64,000 nt of DNA from Eledone cirrhosa (lineage: Eukaryota): contig OZ024763.1 of NCBI GenBank assembly GCA_964016885.1, positions 13,702,001 to 13,766,000 on the forward strand, given 5' to 3'. The translations under genes and the position numbers were made by a program. Shown one piece after another: positions 44,291 to 57,375 of this stretch. Position 1 is the first letter of the stretch. Each line of letters starts with the position of its first letter. Under the pieces are notes generated by a model. That model searched no databases, was not told the DNA's origin, and worked only from the letters and a program-made list of their open reading frames with translations.

Positions 44291-44399
44291 CGGAGGTCAA
44301 ATCCTGCCAAAGTTAGCTTTACAAGGGTCACTAAATGAAAGTACCAGTTAAATACTGGGGATAATTTAATCGACTTTTCTCCCCCCCCCCCCCCCCCGT

Positions 44400-44670
44400 A
44401 AAATCTGTCTTGAGTCTGGAGGCTCATCAGGCCGGTGCTTATTCCAGTTTCTATGGTGTGAAGCAACTGAGAGTACAATACTTACCCCCTGAACAAGACA
44501 CCAGTCCATCAAGGGTTAAACCTCCTCAGCTATTGCTGCTACTCATTTTCAACTGAGTATACTGGAGCAGCGTGAAATGAAGTGTTTTGCTCAAGGACAC
44601 ACAACATTGTCCACAACATATGATCATAAATCCAACACCCTCACCCTTACCACTAGGCCACACACCGCCA
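44400..44670 (-). mobile_element. Degenerate CORE-type SINE
   Basis: Reverse-complement similarity to 47638-47919. Confidence 0.75.
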
Positions 44671-44896
44671 CATATAATAATGTAGGTGTTCAAAGATCAG
44701 TCGACTGATCTTCGAAGACCTACCTGCACACACGGTTCCTCTCTTGATAATGGGCTTTTAAACTCGAAAATATTTGAGATAAAATTAAATTTGCTAAGGT
44801 AAAATTCTATCATCCTCATTCTTTCCTCTATAACACCTTTTATCTTGGCACCTTTAATCTTCTCTGCATTGTAAGGCTTTTAAACTTATTTAAATT

Positions 44897-44938
<42 letters not shown>

Positions 44939-45914
44939 AAAATGGAACGGGAACAAAACAGAGAGGCAGTACGAACAAAGGTTTATTAGTGTCACGCTCT
45001 TGAGAGTGGGGGGATATATATATATATATATGTGTGTGTGTGTTCGGAAAAGATTGTTTTGGTAAAAAAAGCAGGAGAAAGCTCTCAACAATCGTAGTTT
45101 TTAGTTATGATGGAGAATTTTATAAAAATAATAAAATAAGATGCTGAGGTTACATATATTGTTTAATCATTATAATTATTTCTACGGTTCTCCATGCAAT
45201 CGAGATGTCCTTCGTGCATTTGCTGTTGATTATGAGAACGGTTTCCTCAGATGAAGATCGATATATTTGATATGTCGCTGGCAGGAAAACACACATCCTA
45301 ATGCCTGTGCGTCCAGCAGACATATGAGTCCCTTGAAGGGTTTGCCAGCCGTCACGTTTGTTAGAGAAAGCTATCAACGAAAAAAGACGAATATATATAT
45401 ATATATATATACACAGTTCAAGAGTAACCAATCTTAAAGAGAGAGATAGAGATAGTAGAGGAGATATGAGAGGAGAGATTGGTGAGTTAGTTAGAAGCCA
45501 AAGCGTAAAGGCATGTGCTCAATGTGCAATATGCAGTAGAAAGCAGCTAGGTGGCTGGGTTCATGCAGAAGTTAGGTGCACAGAGCTGGAAATATTCATT
45601 AGTTAAGCAAAACAAGACCACAAACTTCACAAGCAAGACATTATTAAAAGAGTGTCAACATATTTTAGTTTGATGTAAGGAATGTAGAGAATAATAATAA
45701 TAACATTAATAATAATAATGTCCGTTTACAATTGTTTTGCTACTCCATATAATATTTCTGGATCAGATGACTATGTATCATAATTGATCTGGTTCAGTTG
45801 AAAATAATTAATTATTTTCAACTGAACCAAATCAATTATGATATATAGTCATCTGATCCAGAAATATTATATGGAGTAGCGAAATAATTGTAAACGGACA
45901 TTATTATTATTATA

Positions 45915-46105
45915 GGGCGGTGGATTGGCAGTATCGGTAGAGGGTCGGACGCCATGCTTTCCAGCATAGTTACGTCCCTTTATGATCTGAGTTCAAATCC
46001 CGCCGAGGTTGACTTTGCCTTTCATCCTTACGGGGTCGATAAAATAAAGTACCAGTAATGCACTGGATAATTGCTGGCCTTGTGCCTAAAGTAGAAACAA
46101 TTATT
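45915..46105 (+). mobile_element. tRNA-derived SINE (Meta-domain-like)
   Basis: Full-length copy starting ggcggtggattggcagtatcgg, (ATT)n tail. Confidence 0.9.
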
Positions 46106-46809
46106 ATTATTATTCTCTACATTCCTTACATCAAACTAAATATGTTGACAATCTTTTAATAATGTCTTCCTTGTGAAGTTTGTGGTCTTGTTTTGCTTAA
46201 CTAATGAATATATATATATATATATATATATATGCGTGCGTGTGTATGTATTTAACGGTGATGATGATAATGATATGTATCTATACAAAAGGTGGCAAAT
46301 AGGCAGGAGTTACAGGACTATGCATACATAGAAATAAAGTACCAGTCTAATACTGGAGTCAATTCTTACTCTACATCTCTCACTTCTCTTTATCCTTCTC
46401 TAGAAGAAATCTGCTGTATGCCAATACAGTACCCTAATGGCTCTCTCAGGAGCTGCGGGGCTATACATGCTCTGCATATATATATATATACACACACACA
46501 TTTCTCAAAAGTCTTGTTGTGCTGGTCACAGATCCAAGTGCACCTGTGACGTCATTGGGTTGAAATCCTACGGAGAGGATTGTCTGTCTAAAGGATGGTT
46601 AATATCTGGTTGTTTATCATAGCCGGATATGTGATGTCTGTAGTCTCTCAGACACACACACACACGCGCACAGATATACATAACACACACATTCACACAC
46701 ACACACATTCACACACAAACACACACATACACACACATTCACACACACACATTGTGAGAGATGAACCTCATCATCAAGGAGCATCAAAAGAGATTGTATA
46801 TTTAGGGAT

Positions 46810-47253
46810 GGGGAACATTCAGAGGGCTTTGACATCACTGATGAGGGAAGATTTAGAGGGCTTTGACATCAGTGATGGGGGAAGATTTAGAGGGCTTTGA
46901 CATCATTGATAGGGAAAGATTTAGGGGGCTTTGACATCATTGATGAGGGAAGATTTAGAGGGCTTTGACATCAGTGATGGGGGAAGATTTAGAGGGCTTT
47001 GACATCAGTGATGGGGGAAGATTTAGGGGGCTTTGACATCATTGATGAGGGAAGATTTAGGGGGCTTTGACATCACTGATGGGGGAAGATTCAGAGGGCT
47101 TTGACATCACTGATGAGGGAAGATTTATGGGGCTTTGACATCACTGATGAGGGAAGATTTAGGGGGCTTTGACATCACTGATGAGGGAAGATTTAGGGGG
47201 CTTTGACATCATTGATAGGGGAAGAATTAGGGGGCTTTGACATCATTGATAGG
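46810..47253 (+). repeat. 34-bp minisatellite (~13 copies)
   Basis: ctttgacatcagtgatgggggaagatttagaggg. Confidence 0.95.
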
Positions 47254-47263
47254 GTTGGTTGGG

Positions 47264-47551
47264 TTAACCCTTTCATCATCATCACCATCTTCATCACCAA
47301 CACCATCATCGTCACCATTACCATCAACATCATTACCATCTTTTTCGTCATCTTATACAATTGTATTTTCATGGTAAAGGCTTTATCTCACATAATATCT
47401 CACATAATATTGAATTTATGAGATTTTGATATTATTTATTTTGAGAACAATACCTCAACATCAGTATGAGTGTTCAGTTATAGCTGGTTTGAACAAAAAG
47501 AGGGGAGAGAATTCTGGTTGGATACGGCTGGTTTAAATGCTAAAGGGTTAA
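47264..47551 (-). mobile_element. Unexpanded copy of the TTAA-CCCTTT...AAAGGG-TTAA (piggyBac-like) MITE
   Basis: Both termini present; internal sequence matches 19815-19990. A partial copy lies at 34890-35039. Confidence 0.65.
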
Positions 47552-47637
47552 CCCTTTTGATAACCAAACCAGCTAAAACCAGCTGTGGATTGAGGAAATA
47601 AAATCAATTTTTTTAAAGGGCTCCTATTTAGATTAGT

Positions 47638-47919
47638 GGAGGCACATGGCCTAGTGGTAAGGGTGTTGGACTTTCAATCATAATGTCGTGGGTTCGATTC
47701 CTGGCTTGTGTGTTGTGTTCTTGAGCAAAACACTTCATTTCACATTGCTCCAGTATACTCAGCTGAAAATGAGTGACAGTAATAGCTGGGGATTAAACCC
47801 TGCGATGGACTGGCGTCCTGTCCAGGGGGAGTCTTGTACTCTCAGTCGCTTCATGCTATGAAACCGGGATAAGCACCGGCTAAATGAGTCTTCTGGCTTA
47901 AGACAGACTTTAGACTTTT
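47638..47919 (+). mobile_element. tRNA-derived CORE-type SINE
   Basis: A box tggcctagtgg, B box ggttcgattcc, CORE-like gtgttcttgagcaaaacacttcatttcacattgctccag. A degenerate reverse copy lies at 44400-44670. Confidence 0.85.
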
Positions 47920-47971
47920 TAAAAATCTTCCAATATAAATAAATATATAATAAATATATAATAAATAAATA

Positions 47972-48161
47972 ATTGTTTCTACTTTTGGCACAAGGCCAGC
48001 AATTAACCAGTGTATTACTGGTACTTTATTTTATCGACCCCGTAAGGATGAAAGGCAAAGTTAACCTCGGCGGGATTTGAACTCAGAATTTCAAGGGCCG
48101 TAACTCTATGCATCAAAGCATGGTGTCCGACCCCCTACCGATACTGCCAATCCACCGCCCT
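47972..48161 (-). mobile_element. tRNA-derived SINE (Meta-domain-like)
   Basis: Reverse complement of the 45915 family. Confidence 0.9.
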
Positions 48162-48626
48162 TATATAAATATATAATATATAATAATATAAATATATAAT
48201 ATATAAGAAATATATAATATATAATAATATAAATATATAATATATAAGAAATATATAATATATAATAATATAAATATATAATATATAAGAAATATATAAT
48301 ATATAATAATATAAATATATAATAATATAAATATATAATATATAATAATATAAATATATAATAATATAAATATATAATATATAATAATATAAATATATAA
48401 TAATATAAATATATAATAATATAAATATATAATAATATAAATATATAATATATAAGAAATATATAAGAACCATATGTTAAATTACTATCTTAGTAATGAA
48501 ATAATTAATAATTTTAGTAAATCCCTCAAAATTCTTCAGTAATTTATTGAAATAGAATGTGTTTCATTCGAGATGTAATCTTGAAAGGATTAAGGGTTCT
48601 AATCTATCCGTTTCCTCTCATTTCAG

Positions 48627-48683
48627 AAATCACCACCACTAGCCGAGATCCGGTACATTATCCTAGACATCTCAACATTTTCA
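48627..48683 (+). CDS. Exon 2 (57 nt, phase 1-1; EITTTSRDPVHYPRHLNIF)
   Basis: Acceptor tttcctctcatttcag, donor gtaagt. Open in the phase required by both exon 1 and exon 3. Confidence 0.7.
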
Positions 48684-49129
48684 GTAAGTTTCATTTCCTT
48701 TGACGTCTGCTTTCAGATTTCTGCTGTTGCTGTTGTTGTTGTTGTTGTTATTCCTGATGTTGTTATTTTTTGTGTTATTGTTGTTGATATTGTTATTGTT
48801 GTTGTTGTTGTAATAGTTGTTATTATTGATCATCTCTAAGTCTAGCCAATTGAGTAGAATATGCTTCACTGAAGAGTTCCAATAAGACTGAAACATACCT
48901 ATTGCATTCATCAGTTTACTTTGAAGACCCATTGCATTCCAATTTGCATTGTATATTTTGTTGAAAAATGTCGATCTACTTACATTTTTTAGATCTAACC
49001 CCCCCCCCTCCCTACCAAGGGAGTTTTTATTTATTAATCACTTGGATAGTGTCTATTGAGTTTAGTTTTTTGAATTCACTATAAATCATTTGTGAGATCC
49101 TACTGCATTTAGATTTGATATACAAAATG

Positions 49130-50475
49130 TTAAGGTAGCGAATTGACTGAGTTAGAACATCAGATAGAATGGTTTGCAGTATTAGTTCTGGCTCTTTGCA
49201 CTCTTGAGTTCAAATCCCACCAAGGTGAACTTTGCCTTTCATTCTTTCAAGGATCAATAAAATAAAGTACCAGTAATGTAATGGGGCTGATCGAAACGAC
49301 TTTCCCTTCCCCCCCAAATTGTGCCTAAACCAGAAACTATTATTACTAAAGAGTTATGGCCCTTTACGTTCTGGGTTCAAATTCCGCTGAGGTTAGCTTT
49401 GTCTTTCATTCTTACGGGGTCAATAAAATAAAGTACCAGTAATGTACTGGGGCTGATCGAAACGTCTTTCCCTTCCCCCCCAAATTGTGCCTAAACCAGA
49501 AACTATTATTACTAAAGAGTTATGGCCCTTTACGTTCTGGGTTCAAATTCCGCTGAGGTTAGCTTTGTCTTTCATTCTTACGGGGGTCAATAAAATAAAG
49601 TACCAGTTATATACCGGGGTTGACTCAATTGACTTTCCCTTCTCGGACAGTTCTTGCCCTTGTGCCAAAATCAGAAACCATTACGGCCCTTGCCATTCTG
49701 AGTTCAAATCCCGCCGAGGTTAACTTTGCCTTTCATCCTTACGGGGTCGATAAAATAAAGTACCAGTAATGCACTGGGATAATTGGTGGCCTTGTGCCAA
49801 AAGTAGAAGCAATTATTACGATTGATTGGCAGAATCGGTAGAACGTCGGACACCATGCTTTGCATCTTAGGGTTTATGGTTCTTTACAGTCTGAGTTCAA
49901 ATCCCACCAAGGTTAGCTTAGTCTTTCATCCTTACGGGGTCGATAAAATAAAGTACCAGTAATGCACTGGGGTCGATTTAATCGAACCCCCCCCCCCCAA
50001 AAAAAAAGTTGCTGGCCTTGTGCTTAAATTAAAAACCATTATTACTAAAGAGTTCTGGCCCTTTGCGTTCTGAGTTCAAATCCCGCCACGGTTAGCTTTG
50101 ACTTTCCGGACGCCATGCTTTCCAGCATAGGGTTACGTCCCGTTACGATCTGAGTTCAAATCCCGCCGAGGTTAACTTTGCCTTTCATCCTTACGGGGTC
50201 GATAAAATAAAGTACCAGTAATGCACTGGGGTAATTGCTGGCCTTGTGCCTAAAGTAGAAACAATTATTACGGAAGTTGATAAAATAGAATACCAGTAAT
50301 GCACTGGGGTTGATCTAATCAACTTTCCCCTCACCCATAATTTCTGGCTTTGTGCCTAAATCAGAAACCATTGTTACTAAAGCAATGGCGATGGGTTTGA
50401 TAAAATAAAGTACCAGTAATGCACTGGGGTAATTGCTGGCCTTGTGCCAAAAGAAGAAACCATTGTTACTAAAGC
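49130..50475 (+). repeat. Tandem array of ~8-9 partial or complete Meta-domain-like SINE units directly upstream of exon 3
   Basis: Repeated gttcaaatcc...cctttcat...aaaataaagtaccagtaat...gtgcctaaa units. Confidence 0.85.
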
Positions 50476-50520
50476 AATCTTCTCTCTTTCTTCATCTGTT
50501 TCTTCTTCTTCTTCCGACAG

Positions 50521-50719
50521 ACCGAACCAACATCCTACTCTGGCCATCCTACATTCGATCAACAGACTACACCCCACTAAGGAGTGAGTTGGTGACCACC
50601 ATACGCTGGGAGTTTGTGAACAACAATGGGGTATGGGGCGTCATGTTTGACTCCTTTTCCATCCCTTACTCCTCAGACTGCTCCTCAGACTCTTTCAAAA
50701 TCTGGGATCCCTCCGGACG
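50521..50719 (+). CDS. Exon 3, N-terminal half of CUB-like domain (NRTNILLWPSY...IRWEFVNNNGVWGVMFDSFSIPYSSDCSSDSFKIWDPSGR)
   Basis: Long polypyrimidine tract ending ccgacag, donor gttagt, 199 nt, phase 1-2. The F-x-x-F-x-I...C-x-x-D-x-h-x-I-x-D pattern is typical of CUB domains. Confidence 0.8.
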
Positions 50720-50756
50720 GTTAGTATCTCTCACCTACCTTTCCTATCACCATACA

Positions 50757-51474
50757 ACACATTTGCAGTAATTGGACCAATGATTCAATTGCACATGATC
50801 CCACACCACACACGTTCACCTTTTGACTATCTCGGTGAAGTTCCCTAGTAGTCACATGGGGGTGTTCTGATCCCCAGATTCTCACATGAAAGGTTGCCTC
50901 ATCACTAAAACAAACTCGGTCCATTATTCTTCAACGAGATATCAATTACTGCAAATGTTTACCTTGACCTTTTCACTGAATATGTGGCACCACAACTAGA
51001 TGACCTGCAACCAGCCATCATTTTTCAGCAAGACGGTGCACCACCCCACATTGGGGACTGCTTGTTGCTGGTGGGTTCCTAAATCAAACATTTCCAGACT
51101 GGTGGACTGGAAGGGATGGCCCAATTCCCTGGCCACCTCGTTCACCAGATATCACACCCCTGGACTTCTTTCTATGGGGTTATCTTAAAGATATCCTGTA
51201 TATCGAACAAAGATACGAGACATCACTGATCTAAAGCAAAATATCACTGATCCCATTGCCACCAGTGATGAGGCTATGCTACAGCGAACATCGCAAGAAA
51301 TCTAGTACCATCTTGATGTGCTTCGTAGAACTAATGGTGCCCATATAAAGGTGTATTAAATTAGTTTTAAAAAAACTTCAATATCTACTCCTCATTTTAT
51401 AATTTTCACATGTTTGTCTGTTCATTTGCTTTTTTAATAAATTTTTTAAATTGTAAAGAGACTTTATGGACACC

Positions 51475-51480
<6 letters not shown>
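50757..51480 (+). mobile_element. Tc1/mariner relic, DD41D (rosa/Visitor)-like, with an internal inversion
   Basis: + strand: IIFQQDGAPPH...WPPRSPDITPLDFFLWGYLKD, ~41 residues between the Ds after frameshift correction. - strand 50757-50925: CFSDEATFH..RIWGSEHPH. TIR-like end gactttatggacaccctg. Confidence 0.85.
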
Positions 51481-51510
<30 letters not shown>

Positions 51511-51704
51511 ACACCGAGCATTATAATAAATGTTCGGTGAATCCATACGTGCATATATATATGTGTGCATGTATGTATATATATATATATATACATACTA
51601 CTGTACGTCGGTATACATATATGTATGTACGTGTACATACTTATATTTAAGTAACAGCCGTACTAAGAGTGGGAAATGAAATATCGTTTCATTTTTTCCG
51701 TTTA

Positions 51705-51748
<44 letters not shown>

Positions 51749-52086
51749 ATAACAGGAGGCTGGACTGGTGTAAATCCTTGAAAGGTTTATTATACTATGA
51801 TCATTTCAATGACCGGGTTCCATATGAATCCGGTGATATCATCAGGTATTCGATATATAACAAAGGAATATGTAAAAACCATGGGTCCGAAAAATCATCG
51901 GAGATGGGTGAACTACACTACGCTGAGTACTCTCCACAATATTACACCAAGATTGACCATACGGAATGACCAATTCTATCCAGTGGTGAACCAACAAACC
52001 TAAAGATATATATTTATATACATACATACACACACACAAGAAGATACGTAGTTCAATAGATTATACATACATTGTTTGTATTTCAG

Positions 52087-52235
52087 CTGTGACGACCTAA
52101 AGATTGTGTTCTGTGGTGAGAGTATCCCGGAAAAGTTTGTGTCATGTAGTTCCAAGATCGTAGTTGAATACCATTCCGAATCTCCTGTAATGACACCAAA
52201 CTTTACATTTAGAGTCGACCATGGATCCACCAAAT
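52087..52235 (+). CDS. Exon 4, C-terminal half of CUB-like domain (CDDLKIVFCGESIPEKFVSCSSKIVVEYHSESPVMTPNFTFRVDHGSTK)
   Basis: Acceptor gtatttcag, donor gtaagt, 149 nt, phase 2-1. FCG-x2-IP-x2-F-x-S-x3-h-x-V-x-(F/Y)-x-S matches the CUB consensus. Confidence 0.85.
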
Positions 52236-52359
52236 GTAAGTTGTTTATTATGTGGGTCTTTTCTAAAACCCAACAAGTTTTTGTTTTTTTTTTCTTAAAA
52301 TTGAGAACCTTCTTTTTACTCGGTTTTTGGGGATCTTTAAGTTTTATGAAGTTCTCAAC

Positions 52360-52640
52360 AAGAAGAAGAAGAAGCCTCTTTCTGGGACTGTGGTACTATA
52401 TTTCTGTTGTCTGAATACCAGAGTAAAGAATTGCTGGACATATTTTATGGGCAAAACCAATGGGCAGGATACCCAGGAGTAGACCCCGAGCAAGATGGTT
52501 GGATAACATCCTTGAGCTCAGATGGTCTCACTTGGGGGTCCTGTTGGATCAATTGGAAACAGTTGCTTCTGGCAGGACTCATTAGAAAGTGTGCTTGAGG
52601 ACCCTCTCAGGAATAAGTGGGCAGAGAAGAAGAAAAAGCA
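52360..52640 (+). mobile_element. Degenerate RTE (Expander-like) 3' fragment
   Basis: RIAGHILWAKPMGRIPRSRPRARWLDNI..LGVLLDQLETVA; (AAG)n on both flanks. Confidence 0.7.
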
Positions 52641-53187
52641 TTTTTGAAGAGACTAGGGACCTTACCAATGATTAGAGTTCTTTTCAAGGATTTGCGGTTT
52701 TTTAGAAACTGATTTTTTTTTCTATAAAAAAAAACTGAGGCCCTTTCTAAAATCAAGCGCCATTTTTGATAATATAACCCCTATTTTTTAGAAACATTAT
52801 ATAGAGTGGATCACAGACTTATCAAATGTTAGACAGCATTTGTATGCTTTCTAAACACACTGGTTGTTTATAAAGCCAAAGACCCACCCCCTTTTATAGG
52901 GTTAAATAGTGAAAAGACTCACTAACTCTCAATTGGCCAAGTGTAGGGAGTGGAAGTCAACCAGGGAGGGGGATAGGTTCCTCCAACAAGGAGTGAGAAG
53001 GACCTGCATTGGATTTTATCTTTCCATTTTAAAAAAAAAAAAACGTTCAAATTCTAGAAAATTCTGAAGTGTGATAATTTTGGATAAAAAGGAGGGGGGG
53101 TGTGTGGGGTGTGTGTGTAAAAAGCAAGAAAGTGGTTGAGTATGTATGTATATGTGTATATATATGTATGTGTGTATTTTTTTTTGA

Positions 53188-53399
53188 AACGATCGACTTT
53201 CGTCAAATCGGACCGAGGGAACAATGTTTCCGTTGGTCTTTCCAATTGCTAATACTATCTATCGGTCGCAACTCCAGGTAGAAGGAGCAACGTGAAATAA
53301 AGTGTCTTGCTCAAGGACATAACGCATCGCTTGGTCCAGGAATCGAACTCACAACCTTACGATTGCGAATCCAATTCTCTAACCACTCAGCCACACGCC
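53188..53399 (-). mobile_element. CORE-type tRNA SINE with a distinct 3' tail
   Basis: Near-identical to 33892-34107. Confidence 0.85.
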
Positions 53400-53472
53400 T
53401 TCACATATGTGTATGTATATATATATATATGTATGTGTATGTTTGTATATATATATATGTATGTATGTATAT

Positions 53473-53710
53473 GTTATCTCTTTCTCTTAATTTTGAGTAT
53501 ATTTTTTTGACCGGCCACCTTCCTGGTGGCAAGGTTGTAAAAGAAAAGAAATTGTCATCCCTTGAATCGCAAGAATGTTTTGCAAATTTTGAAGGTGCCA
53601 GCTATCGCAGCCATTTGTAGACTATGAATTAGGGAGCTGCGCTCTTTGTCCGCAAATCCAAGTTCAGTCATACTTTGGTCCAAGCGGGTTGGTATATAAC
53701 CTGTAGCTCC
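53473..53710 (-). mobile_element. 3' end of a restriction-like-endonuclease non-LTR element (R4/Dong/NeSL-like)
   Basis: [19 protein letters not shown]...IHSLQMAAIAGTFKICKTFL* resembles the RLE C-terminal GxxG.IP..L...LQxxAxxGTxxIxxxFL pattern; flanked by TA/TATG microsatellite. Confidence 0.65.
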
Positions 53711-53767
53711 ATATATATGTATGTATGCATGTATGTATGTATTTGTATATGTGTATATATATATGTA

Positions 53768-53838
<71 letters not shown>

Positions 53839-54031
53839 TTGTATGTGTGTATATATATATATATTCATATGCATATGTAAGTATACATACATTCAAATAT
53901 AATTATGTATATATACATACATTCATATATATATATATATACACACACACACGCTCATAGACCCATAGATATAACTGGTAAAAAAAATTTACTGTGAGTT
54001 GAGATTGAAACTGTTTTTTTGTGTATTTCAG

Positions 54032-54088
54032 CTTTGCTACAGGAGATCCTTAAGAGGGAATTTATTCCACCATCAGATTTTGATGGAG
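54032..54088 (+). CDS. Exon 5 (57 nt, phase 1-1; SLLQEILKREFIPPSDFDG); the gene continues downstream
   Basis: Acceptor ttttttgtgtatttcag, donor GAG|gtaagc, open in the required phase. Confidence 0.75.
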
Positions 54089-54149
54089 GTAAGCAATGCT
54101 TCTTGTTATACTGTTGAAGACTGGGTGTTTGGGATTCTTGAGGCCTTTA

Positions 54150-54715
54150 AGGCCCTCCGTCGATTACGACGACGAGTGTTCCCGTTGATTCGATCAACGG
54201 AACAACCTGCTTGTGAAATTAACGTGCAAGTGGCTGAGCATTCCACACACACGCGTACTTTTAACATAGTTCTCAGGGAGATTCAGCATGACATAGAATG
54301 TGACAAACCCATTTTTGCCAGCTGAGTGGACTGGAGCAACGTGAAATAAAGTATCTTGCTCAAGGACACAGTGTACTGGAGCAATGTGAAATAAAGTATC
54401 TTGCTCAAGGACACAGTGGACTGGAGCAACGTGAAATAAAGTGTCTTGCTCAAGGACACAGTGTACTGGAGCAATGTGAAATAAAGTATCTTGCTCAAGG
54501 ACACAGTGGACTGGAGCAATGTGAAATAAAGTATCTTGCTCAAGGACACAGTGTACTGGAGCAACGTGAAATAAAGTATCTTGCTCAAGGACACAGTGGA
54601 CTGGAGCAACGTGAAATAAAGTGTCTTGCTCAAGGACACTATGCGCTGCTAAGAATCGAACTCACGACCTTACGGTTGTGAGCCTGATACCCTAACCACA
54701 AAGCCACGCACCTTC
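54150..54715 (-). mobile_element. CORE-type SINE with its CORE segment amplified as a 45-bp x7 tandem (54326-54639)
   Basis: tRNA-like head at 54640-54712; unit gtggactggagcaacgtgaaataaagtatcttgctcaaggacaca. Confidence 0.85.
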
Positions 54716-54829
54716 ATAAGCAACGTACCCTTATTTCCGTTCTCTACCCTCTTTCTCCTTCCCTAACTATTACCACTACTGTTACTAATCCTGTGATACT
54801 CCAGGGTCATGGTGGCACTCCAGGGGGGA

Positions 54830-55600
54830 GATATGGGGAGCTGGGTGTGATTCTGTTTAGGGTTGTAGAGGCACCACAAAGTGAAGTAGGGTGTGGCAGT
54901 GTGACACCACTCCCTAGGGTCATAGAGGCACAGCAGGGCCGAGATATGGGGAGCTGGGTGTCATCTTATTTAGGGTTGTGGTGGTATGGCAAGGTGGAGT
55001 AGGGTGTGGCAGTGTAACACCACTCTCTAGGGTCATAGAGGCACAGCAGGGCCGAGATATGGGGAGCTGGGTGTCATCTTATTTAGGGTTGTGGTGGTAT
55101 GGCAAGGTGGAGTAGGGTGTGGCAGTGTAACACCACTCTCTAGGGTCATAGAGGCACAGCAGGGCCGAGATATGGGGAGCTGGGTGTCATCTTATTTAGG
55201 GTTGTGGTGGTATGGCAAGGTGGAGTAGGGTGTGGCAGTGTAACACCACTCTCTAGGGTCATAGAGGCACAGCAGGGCCGAGATATGGGGAGCTGGGTGT
55301 CATCTTATTTAGGGTTGTGGTGGTATGGCAAGGTGGAGTAGGGTGTGGCAGTGTAACACCACTCTCTAGGGTCATAGAGGCACAGCAGGGCCGAGATATG
55401 GGGAGCTGGGTGTCATCTTATTTAGGGTTGTGGTGGTATGGCAAGGTGAAGTAGGGTGTGGCAGTGTGACAACACTCTCTAGGGTCATAGAGGCACAGCA
55501 GGGCCGAGATATGGGGAGCTGGGTGTCATCTTATTTAGGGTTGTGGTGGTGTGGCAAGGTGAAGTAGGGTGTGACAGTGTGACAACACTCTCTAGGGTTG
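54830..55600 (+). repeat. 113-bp G-rich minisatellite (~6.5 copies)
   Basis: agtgtaacac recurs at 55011, 55124 and 55237. Confidence 0.95.
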
Positions 55601-56851
55601 TGGTGGTACTCCAGGGGGTTGGGACACTAGAGGTGGGACAGGGGCAGCTGGGTGTCATGTTTAGGGTTGTAGACATACCACCACCACCACCACTGTTGCC
55701 TATGACGACATACTTTATAATAGTTTGGGTTTGAAGGTTAAACCATCCAGCCATCTCACAGTTTGTGACAAACATGTTTTGTTTTTTGGTTTTTATTAAA
55801 TATATTTATATATTTAGCTTCTCAAGGGTTTTAAGTAGGGGTTAGTGGCTAGCAGTGCTTTCATAGCCCCTCCACATCCTCTTCTACCATCACCACCACC
55901 ACCACCACCATTACCAACATAACTACCACCACCACCATCATCATCACTACACCACCATCATTACCAACATAACCATCACCACCACCACCACCACCATCAA
56001 TACCACCACATCTACAAACACAACCATCACCACCACCACCACCATCATCGCCACCACCACCATCAACACCACCACCATTATCATCGCCAACACAACCATC
56101 ACCATCACCACCACCACCATTATCAACACAACCACCACCACCATTACCAACATAACCACCACCACCACCACCATCAATACCACCACATCTACAAACACAA
56201 CCATCACCACCACCACTACCACCACCATCATCGCCACCACCACCATCAACACCACCACCATTATCATCGCCAACACAACCATCACCATCACCACCACCAC
56301 CATTATCAACACAACCACCACCACCATTACCAACATAACCACCACCACCACCACCATCATCGCCACCACCACCACCACCATCATCGCCACCACCACCACC
56401 ACCATTATCAACACAACCACCACCATAACCACCACCATCATCGCCACCACCACCACCACCATCATCGCCACCACCACCACCATTACCAACATAACCACCA
56501 CCATTACCACCAGCACCACCACCAACTCCACCACAACCACAACCACATCTTCCGCCTCCATCACCACTTCCTCCTTTCACCACCTTCACCTAATACATTT
56601 CCACCACCACCACCACCATCACCACCTCCTCCGCCCATTCCTCCTAATGCGGCTGTCATGACACAGTCTACTTAGAGAGTGAGGGTTAGAGGCCAGCATG
56701 CCCCTCCTCACGCTCATCCCCCCCCCCCCCCTCCTCCATATCCTCTTCTTGTGACATACTTAGGACATTGTGGTGAAATGAACCAATGAAAGAGATGAGT
56801 GATAACACACATATCTGAATACACACATATAATTATATATATATATATATA

Positions 56852-56918
<67 letters not shown>

Positions 56919-57326
56919 AAAGTTTTATTTAAAATTGTTGGGTTACAACGAGTAAATATTTTATAACTGATATAAAAGCACTCAACAAGTTTTGGAGTAG
57001 GTTTACGATATTAAACAAATGGAAACTATATTTATAAAACCATATTTATTTCTGGGATATCATATTAAAAATATGGTATGCCCTCTTCAGACAAAATACA
57101 ATATATAAACAGTTTTATAAATAAATTTGACATACCTTAAACTTTACAACTTCCATTTACCAAAACAACTTTTTAAATGGAAGTTGTAAAGTTTAAGGTA
57201 TGTCAAATTTATTTATAAAACTGTTTATATATTGTATTTTGTCTGAAGAGGGCATACCATATTTTTAATATGATATCCCAGAAATAAATATGGTTTTATA
57301 AATATAGTTTCCATTTGTTTAATATC

Positions 57327-57375
<49 letters not shown>

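Noticed and set aside
47638-47710. tRNA gene
   Set aside because: The A/B boxes run straight into a CORE-like body, so this is a SINE head rather than a full cloverleaf gene.
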